DNA of 64,000 bases from Vicugna vicugna. Its lineage: Eukaryota. Every line of letters starts with the position of its first letter. Position 1 is the stretch's first letter. Where the stretch lies: contig MU058065.1 in NCBI GenBank assembly GCA_013265495.1, forward strand, positions 6,262,302 through 6,326,301. Direction: 5' to 3'. Of the stretch, positions 41,801 to 53,873 are shown in pieces. Below the pieces are notes generated by a model, which ran no database searches, was not told the DNA's origin, and saw nothing but the letters and a program-made list of their open reading frames with translations. A program made the translations under genes and the position numbers.

Positions 41801-42612
41801 AAGAAGGGGTTCTGGTGGAAAGGGAAAGGCCCCCGACTCTGAGTTCTTTCTGAAGTTGGGGTGCATTAGAGCCTTACTCTCCCAGAAGCCTCTGGGCCCC
41901 AAGGCCACAGGGTAGAGGCCCTCCCCCTCTACTGTCAACTGAGAATTGTACAAGTCCCAAGGAGCCAGATCCCCACACTGTCCCACCAGAACTGCTGAGA
42001 GGAGAGAGATACCTAGCTAGGCCCATTCAGAAGGCAGGAACCCTATCCTTCCCAAAAGACCTGACACAAGGTCTAAGATACCAGGGCAGGAGGTGGGTGC
42101 GAGCAGAAATTAGCAACAAAACCTCCTGCCATCTCCAGCCTGAGTCACTCTAGGGATTGTCAGGGTAGGCCCTGGGTCACCCAGAAGTCCAGGGAAGGAG
42201 GACAGATAGTGGGCTGCAGTTTCTCTGGGCTGTGAGGGGAAGAGGGATTGGCAGGGCCCCCAGGCCTGCTACACACCCAGTGCCTCTGATTCAGAGAGGG
42301 TTATTGGGGGTGGCAAAGATGACACAGAGGCTGGTGGTGCACTCCGCTGGGAAGAGCTTCGGTGGAAGCACAGACATTTTTACCTGCCCAGGCATCCCTC
42401 ACCCACACCATTTGGCAAAAGTCCCTGACCCCTCTTCATGTTGATTCTGGGTACTTTATCACAGGCTCCCTCCATCCTAAATGCTGTTTACTAGGTAGAG
42501 GGTAAATTGAGGCAGGTGACAGATACGGATATTTCCTGGGTCTGGGCAGTATCACTGATGGGACAGGATAACCCAGGAGCTCAATTCTCAGGCATGAAAC
42601 CTGCCACCCTCA

Positions 42613-43239
<627 letters not shown>

Positions 43240-44059
43240 CTAAAGCATTCTCCTTTCCTTGGCCTTCTCATTATCATCCCCTTCAACACAACCCACTCAG
43301 CTGCACACCCACAGATTAACACGCGCAAATACACACACGTCCGGTATGCCTGCACACATGGTATTTCATAAGTACATCCCGAGGCGTGGATGCTCTCATA
43401 CACAGGATTCTCCAGGGGACCACTCCCAACGGCATGTTTCAGACAGTCAGATTCATGCAGACACACTTCTGCGCACATTGCAGTGGACACACAGACCCAG
43501 GAACACTTACACACATACACACTTCATCAGACATAGTTACACACAGACACTCACAAGTACACACACATGTTTATCTTAACACGCATTTATCTGTGAGCCT
43601 TCACATTCACACACATGGGCGCACGCAGACTGCTGTTTACAACACGACTTGCTGGACTCATTTGATCACACACACATACACAAAAATACACACACACACA
43701 CTGAGAAAGAACCCTTCTAGCTTCAAGTCTTTCATTGACCCCACCTGGGCTACCCACTTTTGGCCGCCACCCCCTGCCTCTTCCTGGGGGGTGATCTCCA
43801 AGGTGGAGCACTGGCAGTTTGAGCTTACTCCTGGGGTGGGGGTGCATTCCCCCAGGGTGGCAGGGACTCCAAGTTGGTACTTGCTCCCCTACAAATACAC
43901 ACACCTCTGCTCTAGTAGCCATCACTCTCCTGAGCACTGCCTTATCTTCCTGGACTGCCCTTATTCTGTCACCAGTTCAACCCCGTCCTATAAAATTACT
44001 CTTTGATTGGTCACCAGCACTTCCCTGCAACACTGTGCCTCCCTCCTTCTAGGGTCCCC

Positions 44060-45030
44060 TGTCCCAGCCGGAGCGCCAAAGGCCCCTGTGGCTGGGGGTC
44101 CCAGCTCTCCAGGAGGCGGGGCATAAGGTGAGGGCTCACCTGGGCACGGCGGCAGCCAGCAGCAGTAGGAAGAAGAGCAGCGCGCAGAGCGCGGGCCGCG
44201 GCTGGGGCCGAGGTCGGAGCCGCAGCCAGGGGCAAGGGTGGGTGCTGCCCATCGCGCGCGGGCCGTGATGGGCCAGGAGTGGGGGGCTCACAGCCCGGTG
44301 GGACCGGCGAGCCAGGGGCGACGGCGCATGATCCGCGGGGGGTCGGGGCGGCTGCGACACACAGCTCCGACTCGGGTCACGGCTCCGGGAGCAGACGGCG
44401 CCCGCCTCCCCGCTCCATGGGGCAGCGCCCCCGGGCACCGCCCTCGGGGGGGGGCGGCGGGCGGGCGCACCGGGCACCTCCTGGCACAGGGGTCCGGGGA
44501 ATTTCCCGAGGCCCCCCTGCGACAACTCCTGGTGCCTCTAGAGGGTAAGGGGGGCCCGGACGTTCTGCGGGCTAGGGATGAGAGGCTGGGGTGCCGGGGA
44601 ACCCCCCAGCGCAGAGCGGTAAGCCTGAGCTTCGGAGGGCTTGCAAGGCGGGCAGGGGGATGTGGGGGGTGGGCGGCGCTGCCTCTGCCCGGCCCCACCG
44701 CCCAGAAAGTGAGTGACTGTCCCGGCTCGGGGAGCTCCGCCACCTCCCCTTTCCTCCCCTCCCCTCCCCCCCACAGTGTCTTAGGGCTCTACCCCGCATG
44801 ACGTCACAGGGGGGTGGTAAAGGCGTGTACTCGTCCTGAGGCCACTCCGTCCGCTCAGGACTTGGGGTGGGAGCTGCGGTGCGGAGGGCGGGGGAAAGGA
44901 GAGGTGTTGGGGTCTGTGCGATCAGATCGGGCACAGGGCGGTACCAGTGAACCGACGCGCTGGTTTGAGCGCGAAGGTGTGTGCTGCTGCGAGGTGTGTG
45001 CGCCTGTCTGAGCCGCAGCTGCTGGGGAAC
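44060..45030 (-). promoter_or_regulatory. WNT10A: WNT10A promoter/5'UTR CpG island with NF-kB and CRE motifs
   Basis: CpG-dense. GGGGAATTTCCC at 44496-44507, TGACGTCA at 44799-44806, GC box at ~44883-44894. Confidence 0.85.
44140..44252 (-). CDS. WNT10A: WNT10A coding exon 1 (113 nt, signal peptide)
   Basis: ATG at 44252 (GCGATGG). Encodes [37 protein letters not shown]. Donor AG|GTGAGC. Confidence 0.96.
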
Positions 45031-46536
45031 CGTCCCCACCAGTACACACACCTGCAGGGGCTGGAGGGGAGTGGCTGGTCCTCTGATCTCCTCCCCAACC
45101 TCAGGAGGGACTTCCCAGGCTTGGCTTGTGAGGCAGGTGTGGGGTCCTGCAAAGGGGTTTGGCAGCCTCTAGATCTTGCTCTTGTTTGCTGTGTGACCTT
45201 CAACAGGTGCCTCCTGGACACTGAGCCACCCTCTGCCTCTTTGTGAAATGAGGTTAATGAGGCCCACCTCATCTAGTCAATGAGCCAATGAAGTAAAAGT
45301 ACTGGGACTTTGGTGATTGCTTGTCTGGTAGTTGAGTGCCCTGGGGTGGCATATCCTAGGAGGAGGGACTAGAGAGAATTTTAATCCTAAAAGTGTGCTT
45401 TGAGGTCATCTTATTTCATCCCTTTTTATTTCACAAGAAAATATTGAGGCTCAGAGAGGGTTATGACTTACTCAAGGTCACACAGCAAGTTAGTGGAAGA
45501 GCTGGAACCAAATCCAGTTGAGCACAGCAGCAGCAGTCCCAGAACTGAGTACTGCTTGCCTGGGCTCTGCCTGCAGATGCTTAAGGTCTTACCTTGGCCC
45601 TGCCACCTGCACCTGGTCGTCTGAGAGCTCCCTAGTCCAGCCTCCTGGCTCAGGCCCACCCCAACTGAACACTGGGCTCACCTCAATATGGAATGAGTGT
45701 ACTGGACCCAGGTAAGGGCCTGGGAGCCAGAGAGTTGGGGATAGAGGCTCCAACTTCTGTTGCTGGTTCTAACCTGGGCCCTGATAGTGAAACCTATTCT
45801 CACTGTGGTCTTGGCATCCTCCTCTGTAAAATGGATACAAGCCTCCCATACATCTCCCTCCCAACCTCCCTGCTCCCTCTCTCTGAAAAGAGCCCCTCCA
45901 GGCTTAAGGATAAACTACCAGAACCTCTGGGCTCTGAGACAAAAGGGGCCCATTCCTGGAATTGCCCATCCCTGGGGAATTGATGGAGAGGGGTGGGGCG
46001 TCCTCTGTCCCCAGACTGTCAGGTGGTGGGGGCAGCCTGAGCAACAGCAGGCTGACGGCATGGTCTCCCCCTCCTTCCCCCTATCTCTGCCGGCAGCCAC
46101 CGCAGCTGTCAGGAATTAAGGGCTTGAGGCTGCTGGGGGTGGGGATGGGACAGTGGGGGGAGCAGTCTGGCTGGACAGCAGGAAAACAGCCAGGGGCAGG
46201 AAGCAGTCTGCGTCAGCCAGAGCCTTGTTTGACCCTAACCGCCCCCTGCCCTCCCCATTCTCCCCCACCACGTTGCAGAGACAGGGATAGTTTGGGATTA
46301 GAATTTGGAAAGGGTATGGGGAGGGGCAGAGCAGGATCAGACTCAACACAGGAAGGAGCACGAGCCCAGGGTAGGAGAGGGCATCAGCAGGGACAAGCCA
46401 GGCTGGGGAGCCATGCTTCCACTGGCCATTGGGGAAACTAAGGCCCAGAAAGGATTAGGAATATGCCCCCTGTGATAAGGAAAGGGGTTCATAATTCAGG
46501 TTGCAGACCTCTTTATTCCCTATCTAGTGCTCACAC

Positions 46537-46712
46537 TAGCATTTCCCACACTTGGTGCATCATATGTATCCCCTGGGGGAGGCCATTGTGGGAAATGCTG
46601 ATTCTGGGCCCTGTGCAGCTGAATCAGCATTTCCAGGGGCAAGGCCCAGAGGTCTGCATTTCTAACCAATGTTCCAACTGATTTTCCTGAGGACCACATT
46701 TGGGAAATGCTA
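46537..46712. mobile_element. hAT-Charlie MITE (MER5-like) between WNT6 and WNT10A
   Basis: Perfect 12-bp inverted termini TAGCATTTCCCA (46537-46548) and TGGGAAATGCTA (46701-46712). Internal CTGAATCAG and TCTGCATTTCTAAC motifs. Confidence 0.7.
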
Positions 46713-49559
46713 CTGACCTGGTTGAGTGTCTGTTATTGTTTTTTTTCCCCCTTTGGCCTCTATCTGATGAGGGATGGTGACTTTGCTCCCCTACCCTCCA
46801 TTGTTCATGAAATACAGAGGTGTAAGGGAAAGGGAGAAGACCCTTTCTTTGAAAATTCCAGGAAGCAAATAATTCTTAAGCCTCACTGGCACTCAGGCAT
46901 GGTACTGGCCTGATGTCACGAGGGTCCAGGAGTGCCTGTCCAGGGTACTTCTTCTCAGCAGAGGGAGGTGAGGGCATATGTAGGCACATGGCCCTGGCTT
47001 GTGTGAAGATGAAGCCCAGCCCCATAGAACCTAGGCCATGGGCAAGTCCCTATCAGCAGCCCCCAGGCCCCGCCCTGGCCCTGCCCTGGGCTCTGGCCCT
47101 CAGCCCAGCCCCAGCCCCCGCAGTCGCTGCCCGAGACCACAATTACAGGGGCCACTGGGGGTGGGGGAGCACCAGGGATGAAAGGCAGAGCAGAGAATGG
47201 TTCCAGCTGTGGCAGATCCCTCCATAGGAGGTTGCAGGGAAGGGAGAGTTAGGGAGGCACCAGGGTGAGAACAGGTGGGACCCTCATCGCCTCAGCTGAA
47301 CCCAGTCCTGTCCTGATGTTCTACCGGAGGAGCTTGTCTTCATGAAGAAGAGAAGGAAGAAACCCCAGACTGATAAGGGAGCTCCTTGTCCTATTGTCCA
47401 GGCCTCAGGGACCACGGCCCCTCAGCAAGGTAAGGGGAAAGAGCTGATGCTTCAGTTTCCCAAACTCCTATGTTTGGTCATTGAAGGGAAAGGGAAATGC
47501 TTCCTGAGCCCTTAGCCTCAGGCTGATCCTGGGCCTTCCTCCCAGCCTCGCCTCCCACCCATCTGCCTGTGTTCCGGCTGTTCCTGATGTGGTCACGCAC
47601 ACATCTGGAGTGCCTCTGTGTTCTCCCCTCATCTCCCCAGTTCCACATGTGCCCCACCACTCAGCCAGTGGGGGACCTTGATGGTTCAGGCTGTGCCTGG
47701 GGCTGAGTAGCTGGGAGAGCAACGAGGGTAGTGGTGATGGGGCACTTCTGAGCTCTTCTTCTAGCCCCCTTCCTAGGCAGCAGTGCAAGGGCACAGAGCC
47801 ATCTTTGAGCTTGAAGAGGACCAGGATAATTGTCAATATGTTGCCTCCCTGGCCATGACTCTCATCCTTCACAGAGGGCAGTTCCCAGACTCCTGCTGGA
47901 CTTGGTCACAGGAGATGGACACTAACACGCGAGTGACAGTTTAAAAATGGCAAGCACTCTTCTTACAGCATGCTATCAGGCATCCTCATTTCATAAAGGG
48001 GAAACTGAGGCTCAGAGAGGTTAACTGACTTGACCAAGGTCAAGCTAGCAAACTAGACCTTTTTTCATGGTATCGTGCTACTTAACCTGCTTGGGGTGGT
48101 GTCACTTTCTACCCCTTCCTCAGTTTCCCTCTCTAGCATCATGGAGGGATAGACCCGGCATCAACACACCCCATATCACCGCCATCATTCCCTGAACCTG
48201 GCAACAAAGACTGAGAGGCAGGCATCCAAGCCCTAAATCTGGGTCAGCCCAAAGGTCTCAGACAGTCTGGAACCCTAGCAGCTTGACCCAAGCTGTCCGT
48301 TGGTCTCCTTGCTTCGTTTGGTCCTGCCCACAACTTTCTGAGTTTCCCAGATGTCCTGCAGGTCCTATCTGTGTGCTCTATTTATAGGGAAGCTGGGCTC
48401 TGTGTGCCCTCTAGTGGCCTCTGAGAGAAGTGCAGGAGACTTTTCAAAAAGTACTGGGCTAGGAAGACCTGGGGAAGGCAGAGTTGTGAATAAAAACTCT
48501 ATCCTTACAATGCTTCATTTTTCCTACATGTGGTCCACAATGCTGGTTCCACTCTCCCCCCTTGGTAATCTATCCAGGCTGCCTTGGCTCAAGAGACTCT
48601 GCGTCCAAATTCTCCATGACACTTCCCTGAAGCCCGGGTATTGACTTAAGGGAGCCACAAGGAAGAAAGAAGGGGAAAGAAAAATGACCCCTTCCTTCTC
48701 ACTGAAGCCTGATACCTCCTCTTCATACGGGTTTCAGTCTGGGGACCTAATGTGATCTTTGAGGGCAGAAGCAGACTACGTCATACAGGTGGATGTGGGG
48801 CCATTGTCAGGGGAGGGCAGATGCATGAAAGCCATGGTTAGAATCTGTCACATCCAGGATGAGTTCCCCTTCTGTTTCATTTGAACAACTCTGCTCTCCT
48901 CCCTGTGCCCCCATTCCCTGTGGTCCTGGAGGGGCTGCCAATCCCAGTCATAGTGGTACATCTGCCTGGACACTGTTATTGGTTTGGGGATAAATAAGAA
49001 GCCCCAGCTGACCCAATCCCAGCCTCCTTAGGATTAGGACTTCTACTGGGAAGGCCATTCATTTTTGGATCACCAGAACTAAGAATGTAGGCATAGGGTT
49101 GCCATATAGAGAAAGTCTCTCTGCAGCAGGAAAGAATAAGGACAGTATGAAAAGAGAGACCAAGAGAAGCAGAAACAATAGACATGGGGGAGGGGAGTTT
49201 AGGGAAGGAGATGTGGGGGGGGAGAAAGAGAGGGAGAGAGAGATCAGTGATATCAATCATTTGGGCCTCTGGGTTCAGCTGTGCCTGAATTCAGACTTAC
49301 CCCTGGACTTCCCAGGTATAAGATCCATTAATTAAGTCCCTTTGGCCTACACAGTTTGAGTTGGGTATCTTCATTTGCAATCAGGGCCTGCCTGATGCCT
49401 GTAAAACATCAGCTTTCTATTCCCTTTCTCACAGCAACTACCATTTATTAAACACAAATTTGACATAAATTGTTGTGTCCAATGCTGTGCTAAGTGCTTT
49501 GCATATCTCAAAAAAATCTTCCCCACAGTTCTTTGAGGATATGGGATACAATTATGATA

Positions 49560-50057
49560 GCTGTAAGTTCTTTGCCACTGTCCCATTGAGAGGTGAAGTC
49601 TGTTTCCCCTTCCCTTGAATTTTGGCTGGTTCTGTGACTTCTGTTGACCAAAAGGGAGTGACAGTGATGCTGGCTAATTTCCGAGGCTGGGCCTTAAGAA
49701 GAGACTTTCAGCTTCTGCCTTCAAGTTTGGCAGAGTCTATTTTGAAAGCCAGCCTTATGTAAGAAGTCTGACTATAATGAGACCACCACGTGGTAAGGAA
49801 GCCCATACTAGTCACATGGAGAGACGGAGGATGCTGGAGAAGCTCTGGGGCAATAGACATATACAAGTGAAGTCTCCTGAACTGTCCAGCCCAGCCAAAC
49901 CACCAGCAGAATCAGCCAAGTGAATGACCACATCTGATGGTTCTGGTCTTTATGGTAGAACCACCCAGCTGAGTCCTGACAAGTTCCTGACCTAAAGGAT
50001 CATGGACAGTAATTACTTTGGGGTTGTTTATTATGCAGCAATAGATAACTAAAACAG
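49560..50057 (+). mobile_element. MaLR (MLT1-type) LTR just downstream of the WNT6 3' end
   Basis: TCCCCTTCCCTTGAAT...GGGCCTTAAGA...TGTTTATTATGCAGCAATAGATAACTAAAACA terminus. Confidence 0.7.
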
Positions 50058-50665
50058 GATGATATTCCATTGCATTGGTAAAGAAACCAAAGTTAACATG
50101 GTCTATATTGTAAACTTCTAAGCAGCAGCACCAGTTTCCAGCATAGAGTGCCTGAATCTGATAGAACTAGCATCTCAGGGGTTCTCACCCTGAGTCCCTA
50201 TTTTCCCCCCTACCAGACTGGGCCCTCCTGGCAATGGTGGTGAAAAGTGCCAAATCTCTCCCTTGGCATTCTTGTTCACTCTAGCACACTTCAAGGGCCT
50301 GAATCTGGGAATAACTAGGATCCCTCTGGTACCTCTCAGAAAGCTGATGGTGAGGGTCAAGAGACAGAGAAAGGGCTTGGGGTTCTGGGTTCTCCAGAAC
50401 TAAGCCTCAGACTGCCATCTTCCCCCAGAGAGAATAGGAGACGGTACAGCCAAATGGCTGGGATTCAGAGCCCCCGTTTTCCCACAGTCTAGATACTGCA
50501 GTGGAGGATGACTCTCCCAACAAGGTATGCGGGCCAGGCATGCCTACTTGGTTCTATCAAAACCATCTCCCTTTACTTACTCCTTCCAGACCCTGTCCCC
50601 ATGGCAGCCTACAGGAGGCCAGCCCCCTCCCAAACTGTGGGCCCAGTTCTATTGGTTTAAATATC

Positions 50666-50671
50666 TTTATT
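50666..50671 (-). terminator. WNT6: WNT6 polyadenylation signal (AATAAA)
   Basis: TTTATT on the + strand, ~350 nt downstream of the stop codon. Confidence 0.8.
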
Positions 50672-51022
50672 GATACTACACTCACCCACCCACCCACCCC
50701 ATGGCCAGCAGTTCTGAGGAGCCCCACATCCAGAGGCCTAGAAACTGGCTCTTTGGTTTCCACTAGGGGGCCGAGGAGAGAGGTCTGTATAGTCTCCCCA
50801 AGAACCCCCCAGAGCGCCTCTCGGGAGGCCCCTCCGGTGCCCTGGGCCTTCGTGAGCCGGCGTATATCTCAAGATCCCTCTGCCTCACAGTTTCCAGAGG
50901 TCTGGGAGATGGACTTTCTCATGGGGTAGCTGGGCCAAGGCGACGCCCCCTGCTGGAGGCCAGAGGTCCCGCAGGTGCCGAAAGAAGGCTCTGCGCGCAG
51001 TTTTGGGGAGCCGGGCGGCGGG

Positions 51023-51484
51023 TCAGAGGCAGAGGCTGAGTTCCTTGCGCACGCGGCAGCGGTGGCACTGCACTACGCAGCACCAGTGGAAGCGGCACAG
51101 GCAGTTCTCCTCGAGCTGCACGCTCTCCTGGCGGTGCCCGCGGCCGCAGCAGAGCAGGTCGCAGCCGCTGAGGTCCGGGGCGCTGCTGTTGCAGGCGCGG
51201 CCGCGCGTGCCGGGAGAACCTGTGCGCCTGTTGGGGGCGCAGAAGTCGGGCGAGTCGGCGGCGTAGAGTAGGTCAGCGCGACCCGGCGGTTTGAGCGTGC
51301 GGACGGCGGGCAGCAGAGCCTTGCCGTCGTTGGTACCCATGACCCGAGAGGCGCCGTGGAAGCGCTCGAGCAGCCGCGCGCCCACCTCACGGAACGGGGG
51401 CAGCTTCTGCCAGCAGGTGCGCAACGCGCATGAGCCGGACAGGCCGTGGCACTTGCACTCGGTCCGCGTGTGGCTCCGCACCGC
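51023..51484 (-). CDS. WNT6: WNT6 coding exon 4 (462 nt including TGA)
   Basis: Acceptor GACAG|GCG. Contains the CKCHGLSGSC lipidation motif (S228) and the Cys-rich C-terminus CLCRFHWCCVVQC...LSLCL*. Exon total 80+221+335+462=1098 nt = 365 aa. Confidence 0.98.
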   Translation of the reverse strand, partial: AVRSHTRTECKCHGLSGSCALRTCWQKLPPFREVGARLLERFHGASRVMGTNDGKALLPAVRTLKPPGRADLLYAADSPDFCAPNRRTGSPGTRGRACNSSAPDLSGCDLLCCGRGHRQESVQLEENCLCRFHWCCVVQCHRCRVRKELSLCL

Positions 51485-53033
51485 CTGTCGGGGAGCAGAG
51501 GAGCGGCCGGATAGGGACAGATCCTGGAGGCCAGACGCGGCAAGCTCAGACGACCGACAGAAAATAAGATGCGAAGGGTGGTGGATGGAAGAGAGAAAAG
51601 AGCAGACCAAAAAACAAACAAACAAAAAACGCAGAGCGCAAGGTAGGGAGGAAGAAATCAAGAAACCGAAAGCCCAGAGAGGAGAAGGAAGAATAAGGAT
51701 GGGGGAGTAGGAGAAGTGGGGAGCAGGGGACATAATGCAGCACATAGAGATTCTAGGATCCAAAGCCAGGGAGTCCGGGAGAAAGGAGAATGGCCAGCAG
51801 GGGTGAGATTCTCCCCAGAAGGGGGGGGGGGGGAGGTGGCAGCTGTCGCACCCTATTCCTCCTGCCAAGCCAGCCCCCTCATTCCTGATCCTCAGGGCCC
51901 CAGGCAGAGCAGGCCGCCTGGGCTCTGTCTCCACCACCCCTCCCCAATCCTCTCCGACAGGTATGTGGGCCTGTCCGGACATTCCTCTCTGGGATCCCCT
52001 TACCCCCCTGCCCAGTGCCTCAAGCCCCAACACTAGAGGACATAGGATGTGTGTAGGGTGACCCTAGCACACCCTAGAACTGAGGTATAGGGTGCAGGAG
52101 AGCCCACTGTGAAATGCACTATTGAGAACTGGAACCCAGGAGTCGGGCCCTTTATTTCCTATTTGTTTCTGGAGCTGGGGTCTAAGACTCACAACCCCAC
52201 TAGAGATTTATGGGGTCAGATGCCCCAGGAAGATCGTTTCTGGAAGCTCAGAGTCCAGGGGCCAATCTGATCTACAGAGTTGTATGCCTCCCTCCCCCTC
52301 CCAGGCCCCTTCTCTTTCCCTCTACCCACTTCTGGAAACATTGATCCAGACTGTTTCTTGTTCCTAAACAGGAGTTCCTGGAGCCCTCCTCATCATAGAG
52401 GGAAGGGAGAGGCTGCCAGGGTTCTGAACAAGGACTGGTGTGGGGTTGCTGGGCAGCCAGTAGACAAGTGCCCAGATTCAGTACTGGCCTCTGCCTGACT
52501 TCCTCGACCATCAGGATCTATTCCTTGTCCACTCCTTTTCAAGCCCATTGCCCCTTGGGCCCGTTCTAGTCCATTTCCAGGCCTCCCTCGCTTTTCCCAG
52601 CTCCCCTACCTCCAGACCCAATACCTTTACCCCGCTTCTATCTTTTTTTCCTTCCCCGCCTTTGTCTTCCTCCTCTGTCCCTGCCCCAGCAGCCAGCTCT
52701 CTACCACCCACAGATTTGCCCCATTTGTCCTGTCTCAGAGGTCTGTCCTCCATACCTGGGGTCACTAAAAGTCCTGAGTCCTCCTCCTTGGGTGTCCCTT
52801 CTCTACTCTGCCCCCTGGGCCATCAGCCCAAGGCCCTCCCAGGCCCCCCAGGTGACTCCTAGGCTGGCCACCTCACCTCCCACATGCCCATTCACACTCC
52901 CAGCCAACCTTCCCAAGTGGCTCCTCACAGCCATGCTGGCTCCCCACCACACAGTGACTATCTGACACTACAAACCCTCACTTGCACCCTCACATCCCCA
53001 CACCCTTTTCAAACCCACTCACACTCTCACATT

Positions 53034-53066
53034 TACACACACACACACACATACACACACACACAC
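53034..53066. repeat. (CA)n microsatellite at the start of WNT6 intron 3
   Basis: Read directly, with one TA interruption. Confidence 0.9.
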
Positions 53067-53090
53067 TTATACATCCCTGCCCAGACTCAC

Positions 53091-53425
53091 CAGTCGGCCT
53101 GCCTCGTTGTTGTGAAGTTGCACCAAGGCACGGATGTCTCCCCGACCCCGCTTGTGCTGCGCGTCCATAAAGAGCCTTGACTTCTCGTCCCCGAAGTCCA
53201 CGTCGTCGCCACAGCCTCCCCACTCCCAGGCGGCGCTGCCGTCGGGGGAGCCCGCTGGGCCAGGAGGCCCAGGGGTCCCTGGCAGGCCGGGAGGTCGGGG
53301 CGGGGCCCGGCCACGGGGCGCCTGGCAGCCGCACTGCAGCAGCTCGCCCATGGAACAGGCCTGCGTGACCGCGTGGCTGGCTCCTGCAGCCGTTATAGCA
53401 AACACGAAGGCCGTCTCCCGGATGT
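53091..53425 (-). CDS. WNT6: WNT6 coding exon 3 (335 nt)
   Basis: Acceptor CCCGCAG|AC. Encodes DIRETAFVFAITAAG...WEWGGCGDD...LHNNEAGRL. Donor CTG|GTGAGT. Confidence 0.97.
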
Positions 53426-53652
53426 CTGCGGGGGCGGGGAGGGGCAGTCAGACAGCAGGACCAAAGCTGGGTCCTGGGGGACTGCAATGGGCGAGGCAGT
53501 ATGGCGTGGGGCTGGAAGATAGGATCAGGACAGGGTGCCCTTTGACCCGTGGGAGAAGTGGGGCTTAGGCATCCTCCCCAAACTCCCAGTCTCTCCTCTA
53601 ATCCCGCAGCGAGGAGAAAACAGCCCCCTTCTGACTTCCTCCCTGCACTGAC

Positions 53653-53873
53653 CCTGCTGCAGGATGCGCCCGAAGGCTTTGCTGTGGCTGGAGCAGTTCC
53701 ATCGGCGGAAACGGAACTGGAACTGGCATTCTCGAACCCCTAGCCGGGCGCCCCGGGCTAGCTCGGCCACCACTTCCGGCTCGGCCTGGCACAACTCAGC
53801 CTGCCGACCTGCCAGCCGCCGTGCCTTCCTGCAGATGCTGGTAGGGTCCATGACCAAGGGGCTGCCCACCGCC
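53653..53873 (-). CDS. WNT6: WNT6 coding exon 2 (221 nt)
   Basis: Acceptor TTCCCAG|G. Encodes AVGSPLVMDPTSICRK...ECQFQFRFRRWNCSSHSKAFGRILQQ. Donor G|GTCAGT. Confidence 0.97.

Noticed and set aside
40839..41986. Long overlapping ORFs (212-289 aa) in the intron 2 island, and similar ORFs at 27.3-29.6 kb
   Set aside because: They are Pro/Arg/Gly/Ala-rich frames on both strands, expected from stop-codon depletion in GC-rich DNA, with no recognisable domain.
51485..52033. N-terminal extensions of long ORFs 51023-52033, 32783-33664, 35601-36422 and 42610-43203
   Set aside because: These are intronic read-through beyond clear AG acceptors. The spliced models give full-length Wnt proteins.
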